A DNA stretch of 64,000 nt, taken from contig CM120640.1 of NCBI GenBank assembly GCA_051362555.1, positions 620,001-684,000 of the forward strand, in the 5' to 3' direction. The stretch is from Lingula anatina. Taxonomy: Eukaryota; Animalia; Brachiopoda. This document shows, in pieces, positions 1 through 13,900 of this stretch. The stretch's first letter is position 1. Each line of letters begins with the position of its first letter. The position numbers and the translations under genes are program-made. The notes under the pieces are model-generated. The model worked only from the letters and a program-made list of their open reading frames with translations, was not told the origin of the DNA and did not search any database.

Positions 1-690
1 TATTAATATTATCACGTCTCAATACAACCAAATTTAAAAAGAACCAAAAAATTCAGTAAAAACTTAAGATAAAAAGAGCAGAAATGTGATAGGTGTGCTC
101 ATCCTTCACAATCGTCTCACCTAGCACATTTTATATTAACAACTGCATGCGTTTGTGCAGAAAAAGTTTTTATGACTATCGCCCGGATTTCGCAGCAATT
201 ACAGGGTTTTTTTAAAAGCAACATATTTTTTTGAAACTGCGGTAATTCGTTCAAAGCATTATAGTGGTGTTTTCTTGTATAGTGTTGCAAAGAGATGATA
301 TATTATAATTGTGCATCTTTGACAGGATAAAAGTTTCCAAAGGCATTTGTTATTCACTATGTTCTCGCAGAAAAAAATATCAAAAACAGAAAAAAATAAC
401 ATCTTCAAATCTGCTTGAGGAGCTAAAGAGGGGAGATAATGTTTTTAAAAGCCCTCGTTTCGAACCCTTCCAAGCTATCTTATCTAGCCTACTTTCTCCA
501 AGAAGCATTACCTGGAAAGTCTAGTGCAATAGTATCAAGGTTTACCCGGTAGGGGGTGGGTGGGGGCACATGAGTTAAGTATTCTTTTTTCATACCATCC
601 ACTGGATAATAGTTAAAATATATGACGCATGATTTTCAGGACAACGGAATCTTTTTTCTCGCTTTTTTGGGAGTAGTTGGGGTGGGGTGG

Positions 691-938
691 CAGGGACGGA
701 TCCAGGATTATTTGAAGGGGGAGGGGCGCGGATGCGAAGCTGGCTTTGGGTTAGGGGACCATTTAAGGACCTCGAAAAAAAATGGATTGAAGAGGGTAAA
801 TTGTGCCATTTGGTACGGTTTAGAACTATGATTCAGCTCATCAAAATTATAATTTGAAGAGGGGACCATTGGTGTGATTTTTTTTCGGATATCGAAGGGG
901 GGGGGGGGGGTCAGGACCCCTCTCTAAATCCGCCCCTG
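691..938 (+). mobile_element. Short non-autonomous DNA element (MITE-like, CAG...CTG ends, G-rich subtermini), family 1
   Basis: Ends CAGGGACGGATCCAGG ... TAAATCCGCCCCTG are imperfect inverted repeats. The internal sequence (GTGCCATTTGGTA...AACTATGATTCAGCT...TCAAAATT) recurs at 35789-36084, and one end recurs inverted at 42476-42556. No clean TSD seen. Confidence 0.7.
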
Positions 939-1864
939 GGTGGGGGTGGGGTGAGTGGGTGATAAATGTGACTCCTCCTGATCTTTAATAAGTATGTTCG
1001 TCCTATGTATTTTGAACACCTTAATTTTTTTCCTTTTCATTTCACAAAATGTATTAAAACTTGATATAGACATAAAACGCTTCTCATGTGTCTTTTTACA
1101 AATTAAGTACACCTGTACAAATAATTACTTTCGGTAATACTAATTCGATTATCCAGTTTATTTTTTTAATGCTTACATAATAGCTTTTATAATGCATAAT
1201 ACACAAACAACATTCTTTGAAAAAAAATGCAGTTGATTTACGCATTTTTATGCAAATCACCAATTAAAGGCAATTAATATTTCACATTGATTAAGATTTT
1301 TTAAAATCTCGTTAGAGAGAGTTGACAATAAAAGACATAAACGTGGATATTTCATCACACAAGAACGTCGAACTAATATAAGGCAAACACTATTCTTCTT
1401 CCTATTAATTCGGGGTGTAATGTGAAAGTGCGATAAAACTGTCTGGAATCCGTGTGTCAAAATGCCAATCATCTGTCATCGTAATCACAGCACAGCATCA
1501 ATGGCATTTGATGAACACACTTTGTTCTGCAGGTGCGCGTTGTGCCTGGGCATTACAATCTAAATCTAAGATCTCAGAACGATAAGGGATGTTATAGGTT
1601 GGTTATGAGCAACCAGTTTTTCGAATAAGAACATAAAGACATATACTGGGTGTTATAAACGTCGAAAAATTCCAAATGTACAATGAAAAAACAGCTTTTA
1701 ATCGGTTTGAGCAGTGAAAGTTACTTTGTTGTTCTGGCGGAAGGATCCAGATTCCAGGTCGAGGTTGGCCGCAAGTAGTGCCCGGGTCAGAGAAGTCTCA
1801 AGAGATTGCAGTGAGAAAGTTGTAGAAACTTTGTGTTGATTTTCGTCTGTTTCCAAACGAATTG

Positions 1865-1915
1865 ATGACTCCAGAGGAGCAAAAAGAGGGATTTCACCAT
1901 CCCGTGATTACTTAG
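1865..1915 (+). promoter_or_regulatory. Candidate upstream ORF (MTPEEQKEGFHHPVIT*) in the LRP5/6 5' leader
   Basis: ATG 1865 to TAG 1913-1915, one base before the main ATG at 1917. It is a uORF only if transcription starts upstream of 1865, which is not known. Confidence 0.4.
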
Positions 1916-1916
1916 G

Positions 1917-4900
1917 ATGAGGTGGATTGGTTTAATCTCCATCTTGTCCAGTGTTTTCAACATAATCCATGGTGAGTACCGATAAGTTCATAAGTTAGTG
2001 CCGTGCAGTTCATTTGTTTATCCAGTGGAGGCCCGCCAAGTGAAGCCCCAACGCTGAGCCGGACCTGAGCATTCCTGGGGCATATAACTCAAATCAGGCT
2101 CATAGCGGATTGAGAAGAAAGCTTAGGCGTACTGGAATGTTGATATGAGTGGATGTAAAAATCGGCGAGAGAGAGAGAGAGAGGGTAGCAGGGATGAAGT
2201 GTGGGCCGTGGGTAGCCATGTTGAATCAAGACGTACCTAGGTGGATGTAGGTCACCTAGCTTCTTTGAGGAGTAAGATTTGACGGCTGGTCACATAGATA
2301 TAGTGTTCATTCTCACCCTAGTCTAATACCCAGTGAAATTTCACTGTGTGGAATACATTACCCAGATTACTGCAACAAAAAACATCAAAGGTTTCATTGA
2401 CAATAGCAGTTGCCCTCCCCCACCCGCGTACACTGACCCCTGAAGTACTGCAATAACATATATTCATAATCATGAACGCTGGGGCCTGGAGTGAAGGGGT
2501 ATTTAGATAACTGGAAGACGTCCTACTGTGTCTGTATTGAGGAATAGGTTGTGTTGGTGAAAGAGAGCTGTCACAGACTCTGTAGTGAAAAGAAGGCGGT
2601 AACAAAGGCAGCTTTGTGAGAGGTGTGCTTCTAGTCTCATATGAGGAGCAAGAAATGAAAGTATTGTCCATTGACCCAGTCCCAGCCAAGGGAAGTGTGT
2701 TTGTTCTTAAGGAGTGAGGCTTAAACGTTAGTCACTAGCAGACACCTGGGGCCCCTACCAGCAGTTTGACATGTGGTTTGGTGAATACTTTCTTAATGAC
2801 CAAGAACTGTTCAGAAACACTGCAATGCCATATATTTATATCTTTTTTTTTTGTTTGTTTCATTACCTTAAAAGAAAAAATATTCCATTGCCATCTGATA
2901 TTAAAATGGTTTGAATGCCATTGCCCCTTGGCTAATACATCATTTGACATAAAATTCAGGCACAGGAAGATTGAAAAAGTTACATGGCTCCTAATAAGTT
3001 CATTGATTCAGTGAACATAATATTTGCATGTAATAGTAAATTGTTGAGTTTGTTTCACTAAAGCACCTCTCTAAAAATTATATTTACAATATATGGGCCA
3101 TTCTATTTGAAAATCTCATATGAATCATTCTTGCTGATCTTCAGTCTTTTGTGGTCATTGTCTGAGACTTAAAAATAATGCCATCACTTGTAAATATTTC
3201 TATTGTTACTGGATGAACTTTAACTGAAGTAACTCTCCGGGCACATGTTAAAAAGAATATTTCTAGCTGTTGGTTAAAAAAAAGCTACCCATGTGATGCC
3301 AGAAGCAATGCAAAGAATTTTTTGGCATGAGTTTCGCATTTGTTATTGCATATACTGTAATTGTAACAAGCAGGTTTTATCAACATGACACTGTTTTAAC
3401 ATTAGGATTTCTTCTGTTCTGTGTTAGATAGCTACCAGACAGGAAACCTATTCTGAGAAGCTCTTAACTGGGGTATAGAATGGTCCAACATTCAGCTTGA
3501 CATTGTCCATTGCATTGCAAAAACTTTCAAGACTAAACAAGAAGTTCTTAGCAAAGAGCAACATATTAATAGGACAAAGGCTATAGTGCTCCCCCCCCCC
3601 CCCCCCCCCCCTTATATGATCATTGCCCCCTGTGGCCCATTGATTGAGAGTAAATCAGTATGTTTGTATTTTTAAAGTCATGTAAATTGTCTGAATGTTA
3701 CCATACTAGTACCAGCATATGCAGGTCTACTCTTCAAGCAGTAGGCTTTGAGAGACTGAATTATAAAACAGAATGCTGGCATTTTCATCAGCAGGGCTAA
3801 ATATTAGGGATGAATGATTACTATTAATATATAATTGTAATTTAAAGAGGAAATTTCATTTGGAGGTTAATGCTGGAGCTTGCTCGGTTATTGACTCAAT
3901 ATATTCAGTGAGTTTGTGACAAGTTGTACGTATTATGTAAAAAGACATGTCAGTGAAGTTTAGATGATGGATATTTGCTGATTACTTTAAACTGTTGGTT
4001 TGACTTCTCTTTGTGTTATTGATTTTACTAATGGGATATGTTAGTAATGTATGGAGTGAGTGTTGAAATTGGCATGTTCATCTCCAGAGCGCCTCAAAAC
4101 TGACATCATTGATACTTCAAACCATCAGGAAACACAAAGAATCAAATATAATCTTCGAATACGGTGCTGTCCCAATAGAAACTATACTTGGAGCAATAGA
4201 CATACCTAAATGGAGCTTTTATCTTTTGTATTTTTTTCCTTAATTTATATCTAAATTGTCTGTTTGAATTTATTTTTTAAATCAGAAAAAAAAACCCCTG
4301 CATGCTATAGGAGATATTCCTTGGATTATTTGTTGTTAACAAACTTACCTTATATTTTGTGAAATGGGCTGTATTGCACAGAAATAATTTCAGTGGAGAT
4401 AGCTTATACATTCTTCTTGTTGAGATATAATATCAGTGATGGATGTGTGCCCCATATCATCAATAGCTTACCACCCTGAGGCCTAAATTGGAGCTTTTGA
4501 AAAAAAATGTCATCCTTTGACTGTTTATCAGATATTTTTCATTAGTCAATAAAGTGAAGAGCATCGTTAAAACCTTACTGATGTGAATGTCTGAAAGCCA
4601 GATTTAAAAAAAGATTATTTTAATAAATGTTGATTAAAAAATTCTGGTCCACATCAATCTTATTCACTATTAAAAATCATAGATATTCACTGGAAACGAG
4701 GAAAGTTATTTTCCAATGCACATATGTTAAGGTTCAGCCGGGCTATACTTGTGACCGCAGTAAACATTTTCACCAAGGGAAGACACATGTCTTGTAAGTG
4801 AAAGCCATGCCCCTTAGGTTACGGGTGTGTATTCAAGTGCTCAGACATGAGGCCAGTGTGCTTTGGAACAGTAGGGGATCGCTGGAACACAGGATTTTCC

Positions 4901-7900
4901 CACAGCTAACTCAAACTACAGAAACCTACCAACCTGAATTTTCTTGTGATGAGTTAAAAATCGGCAGCAGTGAGCCATGGGTTTATCCAGGCTGTTTATC
5001 TCTTGTCAAATACTTTTTGTGGGGGGAGGCCAGGAGGGGATGGGCAGTGGGGTTTTTGTCAAATAAAAAAAAAAACAACCTTGAGAGACAAAAACTGCAA
5101 ATTTTTGCTAGAATTTTTTTACACCAATTTGATTTCCTCTGGACAGGGGAAAAACATGTTTTTCATTCTGATGAAATCCTATTTCTATCTACCTGCTGTA
5201 TGTGAGGAGGGGGGGGGGGTTCTTCACTCAGTAAACGTATACTCCAGCAGTACATCAAGCGGGTTTCCTCCTGGATGAGGAAAAATCAGGATCAGTACGG
5301 CATGCACTTCCCCCTGTGAATGTTAATGACCATTATAGCGGAGTTTGCTGGGCAGAGAGAGTTATTGTAGTGTCTGGCGGCTGATTCCTGCCTGGTTGCT
5401 AATGTGGTGAGGCTGAGAAAATTGGCACATCAGAATGGGATGAAAGTGATAGGAGAAGGCGCGGTGTTGATACGCTCAGAATATTGCGACCCCATGGGAG
5501 AGATTATGAATAATGCATTGACTATTTTTCCCTCGATGAATAGGTGTGTGTATGAGAGTGTAGGAATCAGCCTGAGAGTTTTTTTTTTTTTCCAATTTCA
5601 TACGGGGAACATCCAGGTGAGGTTTTCTAATAAAAAAAGGTGAAATTAAAAGCGGTGTGTAAGTTCCTGCCAGGCAGGTTGATGGGACAAGGGAGATGCA
5701 ATGGATTGTTGACTGTCGAGGCTTTACGGGTGTGAAATTGCCCCTTGTTAAGATTGAAAACCTATACTACATTGATTGAAATCGGTCGGAGCATAGAAAA
5801 GAAGTTGAGTGTAGATAAATGAAAATTGAACCGTGCTCAAATCAGATTATGCAAAAAGTTATGGGTGAACAAAGGAGACACTGTCAAAGTGGGAAGGAGG
5901 CCAGGAGATTTTCCCTTCACTTCTTGACTTTCTTGACTTCAGTAGCCCTAGAGGAGAGTGGTGTGATTGTGTCGGCTTTTCGTTGGCTTTCTCGGACACT
6001 GCCTGGGGGTTTAAATCTGTGCTGCATTCTGATGTTGAGCCTGCTATCTCTTTCCTTCCCTCTGATAATATTCTTGGCTTGGTTTACAGTGTTTGTCTAT
6101 TTTTGAGTCCAAGGAGCTGTAGGCCTTGTTGTCTTTTATGTCAGTTTTCCCCTGTTGGCTTTGGTCTCTTTATTGACAACCTTCGGGGCTTTGTATACCT
6201 TCTGATGATACAGAGAAAGGTGAAAGATATATCAAAGCATTTTTTACATGGATAAGTTATAGAAATACAGCTTTGCTCTAACACTACAGTGTCAGAAGTA
6301 ACAGGCCAAATATTTCCAACCTAGCCAGGGCCCATTCACAATCTTTCATTTTTGAGGTATAGCTTTTCTGTATTCTACTTAATGCAGGGGAAGCGTGTTA
6401 GTCTGTTAATCTGATTGTATTCAGCTAGTCTCCTTGGGGTTAGTAGACATTTGCTAGGTGGACAAATTCATTATGAACGGTCATTGTGAACTGGCAATAT
6501 TTTGTTCAATTGAGTCACACTTTGGTCAAGGGCTGCCAGAACCAGATGTTTGTTAGTGATTGTTGTGATGAAGATGTACAGTTCATTAAATATATGAAGT
6601 AATTTTCTTATTATTATAAGATAAGAGATCAATCTAGATTTTAGCTAGAAGGAATTTAGATTTTGAGATGAGCCAGAAATTTTGAGGCGAACTTTTACTG
6701 CTGTAGATGACCAGTGAAACTATATGCAAGAGTGGAGTGTATTTTCATATGTTGTTCATCATATGGGAAAGAAAAGAATGTAGACTTGGTCATACTGAAG
6801 GCTGGTTAGGTTCAACTACAGATGTAAGAAATGCCACTTGGAGGCAACAAGAGAGAAAGGATCCAAATGTTGGAAATGTTTGTTTGGTCTTATGTGATAT
6901 ATCACCCGTGTGGAATATGCTGTCAGTTATAAAAATAAGATGGTGGGAAAATATAACATCGGTTAAAAAAAGTTGTGATACTTGTATCTTTTTTCTTCGT
7001 CTTCCTTGCTACTGGGCCTTACTCAAGAACAAATAGTGGACTCATAAATAGTTGTGATTTGGACTGAAATATGCATATAGGTAAATGTCAGGCTGCTTCA
7101 GTAAATACTGCTTAGTGCGCTGTCGGGAGAAAAAGAGCTTTTATCATCTTACAAAAATGTTGACATACCTATAAAAAGGTATGTAAAAGAGAAGAGAGCT
7201 CTTGTAGAAGAGATAACTTGCCTTTCTGAAGGATCCACTACTATTCTCTGCTTCACATTATTTTTCCTATTGATTTTCCCTGTTGACACTAATGGCCATA
7301 GGTTTAATTAATATCTCCATTCATGGTGGCAGTAGACATGAAGACGCATCTTAATTTCAGCTTTATGTGCAGACAGGCGTGACACAGGGGGCAGGGTTTG
7401 TAGGGGGGGGGGGGAGGGGGGGACCATAGTGCCAAGGAATACCGCTATTAAAGTTGAGTAATGACCTCTATGTTTTCCCCTAGACTTGGCCTCTTGGGCC
7501 ATTTGCTAATAAATTCAACATTTTACAAGTGATAGCAATAAAGTTGTGTTATTTCTCATTCTCAGTAAAGACATCACACTTGAGTTCCACAGCTAGAAGA
7601 GGCTGCAGTTTGCCTCTGTTAGTTTGCTGCTTTGATTAAAAAAGGGGACTGTGGTTGGAGTTATTTCAGCTTCCTCCTAAGCCTGTAGGTGTAAGTTCAG
7701 TCATGTGCTGGGGCACAGGGGGCCATTCTTCTCCTGTCTCCACCGTGAGGTTATGAATGACACCTGAGGGCGATTACTCTCACCTTGCCCCTTTTCTCTG
7801 CATTTGCATCTGAAAGATACCTCAGGTATTGACTCTGCTTGGGTTGAATGAGGCAAATTTTTCAAAATAACTCGTCCTTTAATCCATGGCTAATCTAAGT

Positions 7901-10900
7901 ATGGGTTGGGATCTGTTGTAGTCTTTGTACTGGAGGAAAAGGGGTTGCCCCCGGGGTGAGAGAGAGGTTAGGCTGCAAATAGAGAGATCAAACAGTCCCC
8001 CCTGACCCTGCCTGTCTCTGCCTGACCTTAGCTTTAAGATTCAATTAAGGAACATATTTATTAAGAGGGGAAAGGAGAGAGCACCTTGATACTTCATATG
8101 TATGGGATGTGGACAGAAATAGGAGTGAGAGATATTGGTCCATTTAATGTGAGTGAAGAAATGAAAAAACAACGGATTAAGATGGCTGAAAGGTGTTTAT
8201 TTGAAGAAAGTGTGACTGATTAAAATTGGTAGTAATTAAAATTTCCCACTGCCTGTTGTTGTCACTTTTATTTAACCATATTCAGGCCCAGGTGATGTTA
8301 AATGTTTTATTTTGATAGATGCTCTGTCTGTTTTCACTCCTATGAAAACACTTCCCCAGTGTTACTGAATCATTCTCTCTCTGACGAAATATGCATTAAA
8401 ATAGCAACACATAGAAAGGGCTGGCAAATTTGACACCAGATTTGAGCAAAGCTGGGTTGAATTAAGATGTACAGGTTACAGGTTTCAGAATTAACTCTTT
8501 GCTCTTTGCATGGTGGATAGTTTGACTGGCTCAGTGCTGGCAGGTCATTAGATTAACACTGGTTGTTTCCAGAGCCAATAGTTTTTTCCCAGTGGGTAAA
8601 GTTGGCTATTAATTCAAAAGAAACAAGGGTTGAAAACAGCAATTGATTAGTGTGGTTCTCTGTGTTAATTCTGTCAGCCTTATACTGTGAACAGCTATCA
8701 AAATGTGACCTATTGGTTGATTGTGAAAAACATTCCCCACAGAATAGAGTACAGTACATCATAGTATTAGGTCTGCCCCTGGGTCAACAAGTTCCTGTCC
8801 TCTTCAGTATGTCCTGTTTAGATGACCCTGGGGAATTTTTACAGAACTTTTCTAAAAATTAATTATCATCATATTGTTCAGACTTGGTGCCATTTCTTCC
8901 TACTTTTTTCTTCCAGTCCAAAATCATGTCTGAAATAAAGTAATTGTTGAAAAATGTTTTTTCCTTTATTCAGCTGTTGATAAATCATCATAGTTAGATG
9001 GTATTGTGATACAATTTGCAAAAGATTTACTTTTATGTTTTAAACAAACTTTACTTTCACTGATTGTAAACTTGATTTGAATTTTTTCTTAAAATTAAAC
9101 TGCTGCTGCTTTCAGGTGAACCAAGGTTGATATTTGCAAATCGTAAGGATGTACGAATGGTGGATGCGGAGAATCCACATGCCAATGCCACCATCATCGT
9201 CAGCGGCCTGGAGGACGCCGCCGCCTTGGATTTTTACTATGACCAAACAACGCCAATAATCTTCTGGACAGATGTGAGCCTGGAGGTGATCATGAAAACG
9301 TACCTTTTTCCTAACGGAACCAAAAATGCAATCAAAGTCGTCAGTACAGGATTAATAGCACCGGACGGCCTAGCATGTGACTGGCTAGGGAAAAAATTAT
9401 ACTGGACGGACTCCGAAACCAACAGGATAGAAGTCAGTGATTTCAATGGAAATTTTCGAAAAGTATTATTCTGGCAAAATCTTGATCAACCGAGGGCAAT
9501 AGCGCTTGATCCACTCAATGGGTAAATATATTAAACACATTTTAGGTCAAATAACACTGAATATTTCTGTGGCGATCCTCAGTCTTTTCTTTTTCTGAAA
9601 ACTTTCCATCTCTTTAAAGTAAATACCTTGTAAGTACATTGAAAGGAATTTTGAGTTAAGTGATTTCATAAAAGATTAAAATCACATGCAGGATAGATCC
9701 ATTATCTCTCCCTGTAGAACCCCAGTACCATGAGCCATAGCACCAGGAAACACAGAGTTTGCTGGATTATCTTGTGATTTAGTATTGCAGTAATTTGATC
9801 TGCAGACACATTTGGTATCTCCAGAAGATTCTGTGCACCATGCAGAAAAGCACGTCCCAGTGTTTTTTTTTTTTTTTTTGGGGGGGGGGTGAATTCCACT
9901 CCTGCTGCTGTTATTCATAATAAAGACTACGTTAAGGTGTTTATAGGTGTGTAGTGAGAGGGTGACTTACACTATATAGCCCACAGAATCACACACAGAC
10001 ATCAAAGAGGAGTTTTTTCACAAATGAAATGAAAGTACATCCATAATATTCATATATTGATGTTTTAGAATTATATGAACATATTATATGAATATATATA
10101 TATTAATTATATGAATTATATAACTGTAGGTTATAGGTGCATAATAATAATAATGTCCCACTTTACATTGGTCACATGTGTAAGAAAAAATAGCAATAGC
10201 AGCGTGCCATTGTTGTTTGGATAAACATACCACCAAGTTATGGAGGCATGAAAAGTAAATTAGAATCAAGGCTGCCATGCATGTGTATTTAAAAGGGTTT
10301 GCTTGGAATTGGTCCCTATCCTTTTACCTTCTTTTTCAGTCCATGAAAATATTGACTTATCAGTTATTCGTGTATGATTTTAAGTAGTTTATTTGATTGG
10401 AATTTGTGCTCCAAGTTTTTACAGCCCTGTGAAAAACTGTGAATGGTTTGATATCAAATTCAAGTTGTGTGAAAAGTGAAGTGAACATTGTGACATGTGA
10501 CACATAGCACGGATTCCATCTTATTGAATTTAAGTTCTGTTTTTTTTTTCCTTTTAGATGATTGAAAATATTTTATCAACAACAATTTGATGTTTTCACT
10601 TTTGAAGGTGAATTTCTCCACCAATAGATTTTATCCATTTCAAAAATAAACACCTCACTCTTACTAGTACTTGTATTCAAACTAGTCCACACTTTTTAAC
10701 CCCCCCCCCCCCAACCATCCCTGGCGCGCAATGATGACAATTTCTAATGAATCTTTTCCTTGACAAGGGTTTGTATTGGAGTCCTTCCTCACTGGTAACA
10801 AATACTTCCTTCAGTGTAAAACTTGGCACCAGTGTCACTCCTGAAAGTTCCAAATGAAAGTCCCCAGTGAATTTAAGCACAGAGCTAGTTGAAGCCCTAA

Positions 10901-13900
10901 TGTAACACAAGAAGTAAGGGTCAGTTTTATAAATGACTCTTTACACAAAAGATTCCCTTTGGTCTGAAATTGTTTTTGACCTTTTCTTGTCACTTTCCCT
11001 ACAACACAAAGGATGCTTAAGGGTTTCACAATAAGAGTGCGTTCCCAGAGATTTAGATCGATCCATCCGGATTGAACTAACTCCTTGGGGGTTCACGCTA
11101 AATTGCTGTCAAACGAGTGCGCACGGTAGTTAATTACCCCCTTACAGGTTTCAGTAGGCGGGACGGACATTTAAGCCGGCTAAGCTGACAGTAATCTAGT
11201 GAGACTCGCCACAGGAATAGATCGATCTAAAATCTGTGGGAATGGGGTCTAAAACTATCATACTAGATATTTTAAAGCAACTCGTCTCCTATTGTTTTCA
11301 TCATACTCATATTATCACCATATTTTCTGTACTCATCACTAGGGGAAGGTGTGTTAATCTGATTGCATTCAGCAAGAGTCCACGTGGAGTCAGTGCACAC
11401 TAGCTTTTACCATAGATACATTGTGAATTGGCCCTTGGTGTAGAGTTTCTGATCAAATATGAAGAAGCCAAATGGTATCAAAAGGGAGGAGAATGGTCTT
11501 GATTTGGATGGGGGTAGAGGTGATCCACCTAAATCTAACGTGAATGCGCCGTCTATGACATCAGTCCACATGACTGTGTGTTGTTTGCCTATGGCATGTG
11601 GAACCACATACCTCTCCCTACAGTGTGTGTGTTTGTTACATCAGGGACCCACTCAGGTGGAAATAACCAACAAAGCTCAGAAGCCCATAGGGGCTAACAA
11701 AACATACTCTGGTTCCCTTAGGTGTATTGCGTAGTACTGGTGAAAGTCCCTTCTCCCCATTCAAGTATCCCACTGGAGAAATGCACCCAATGTCATATGT
11801 TCCTTTGTATGTATGTACATGTGTGTGTTTGTGTGCATGGGAAGACACGGTTGGAAAATGGCTTCGCTGAAAGAAGTAAAACTCCCATACTGTACATCAG
11901 TTTGCGGCGCATTTTGAATACGTCATGCTTGCTTCTATACCTGTTCGTAAATGGAGCTGACGCACGTGGTCGTATGCTGGTTATACGCACAACACACAAT
12001 TAGTCAAACAGTTCTTCCCTTTGATATAATGTTATCTTATATGTAATTACTGATAATCGGTCGTGTGATAAAAAAAAGTTTGTTTCATGTCACTATAGAT
12101 CGCAGATAAAGATGAGGGCATGCAGGTTGTATCACATAGTTTCCAAGAATTTGTTTTTTTTCTAGATGATCATTTTTTATGGTGTGTATCATATAGCTGA
12201 TGTAAAATAGCTAGTGTTTGTAGATGATCAAAACATGGAACAATAACATATGAAAGAATAGAGGCACAGTTTATGTATTGGACAATTTTTCATTAAAGCA
12301 TGATTTCCAATTAGCTAATAGTAACTTTCGGGTTTAAATTTATAGGGTTTGATTAAGCAAGGTTCTGCATGTTTTTAGAAGCACAAGGCTAAAATCCCTG
12401 TTTTCTGCTCAAGAATTAGTTGGTAACAAGTTAGTTTGAAGTGTAAGGGGTTAATTGTGGAACTGCCTTTGAACCTGCCTCATATTACTGTACCAAGAAC
12501 AGGAAAACAGGTTGAAATAAGTGGTCGTTACAGTACAGGGCATTCTTTCTGGCTCATTTTTTTTTTCAAAGAGCCATTACTGAAATAGGTATTTAAAAAT
12601 TTTGAATATGGAAAATGTAATTAGGAAAATCTTCAAATAACTATACATCAATTTAATAAACTCATTTAGCATCTTGAGAATTCAGAAAATAAGAGGTCCA
12701 AGAAAAAGACTTGTCCCTCCTCTCTAATATGTCTGCAAATATCCTTGCCACTTGTCAGTACATATTAGAAATCTGTTGAAAGAACTTCAGCAACCCTGGG
12801 TTAGATTAGCTTTAATGATGACACATCCCGAGCTCCTGCCAACCCAAACATGCCAAGATATGCTCCTCAGTCCTAGTGCTGGAGGACGCAATTTCCAGAC
12901 CCTATCATACTTACTGTGGATCGATCTATCTCCAAGGGGATTCTTGCTAAATTGCAATCAACTTAAGCAGCTTAGATGTCTGTCACACCTACTGAAGCAG
13001 CTAGGGGGCAATTAATTATTGTTTAGCAGCTTCAATAGGTGTGCCAGACATCTAAGCTGCTAAAACTGAAAGCAGTTTAGCGAGAAACCCCTTAGAGATG
13101 GATTGATCCTGGCAGATTGATCTAGGTATGGGTCATACATTCTGCTGTCTATGGCTGTTCTCAAAATTTCATATGCCATATTAACAGGGTGATGTAACTG
13201 ACTTGGCTTACATTTTTCATCCAATGAATCAATGATATTTTTAAGAGAAGCAGGTGAAACAGTAAAGATACCTTTGGGATTTGGCCCTTGTAGTTTTTAC
13301 GGGTGCTGTAATCAGCATGGTTACTGAATTTTAGTTTTGCTGCCAAAATTATGACAGTGTAATTATGTTACTTACATGGATTGTCTTATTAGAAATTATA
13401 TTTATGGATAAATGCCCTGTTAATAATTATTATTGATTATTGAAACACCCTATTAATTTTCTAAATGTCTACTCCTGTTACTTACAGGTGCTGTCTGGGT
13501 TGATGTCATAAAGTGAATTTATTATTCATGAGCCAATGATTATAATATATTATATATTATGCATACTAATCATAGTATATTTGCCAGAGTTTTATATTTT
13601 AAAATCATTTCAGGAACATGTTCTGGACAGATTGGGGAGAAACACCAAAAATTGAGAAAGCTGGTATGGATGGAAAACCAGAGACCAGGTCCACCATTAT
13701 CAAAGACAACATATTCTGGCCAAATGGCCTGACGATAGACTACGATGAACAAAAAATCTACTGGGCAGATGCAAAACTTAGTTTTATACATAGTTGTAAC
13801 TATGACGGTAGTGACAGACAGCAGATTGTGCACGGGGACCTACCTCACCCCTTTGCTCTCACCGTCACGGACCAGATGTTATTCTGGACGGATTGGAAAT

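Noticed and set aside
1-526. Possible right end of a DNA transposon finishing in ...AAGTCTAGTG, similar to the long-TIR element terminus
   Set aside because: Only ~9 bp of similarity, the partner end would lie outside the window, and no TSD is testable.
2382-12027. TCF/LEF-like sites (ACATCAAAG at ~2382 and ~9999; CCTTTGAT at ~12018) suggesting Wnt feedback on LRP5/6
   Set aside because: Scattered, unclustered short motifs are expected by chance in tens of kb of AT-rich intron; no conservation data.
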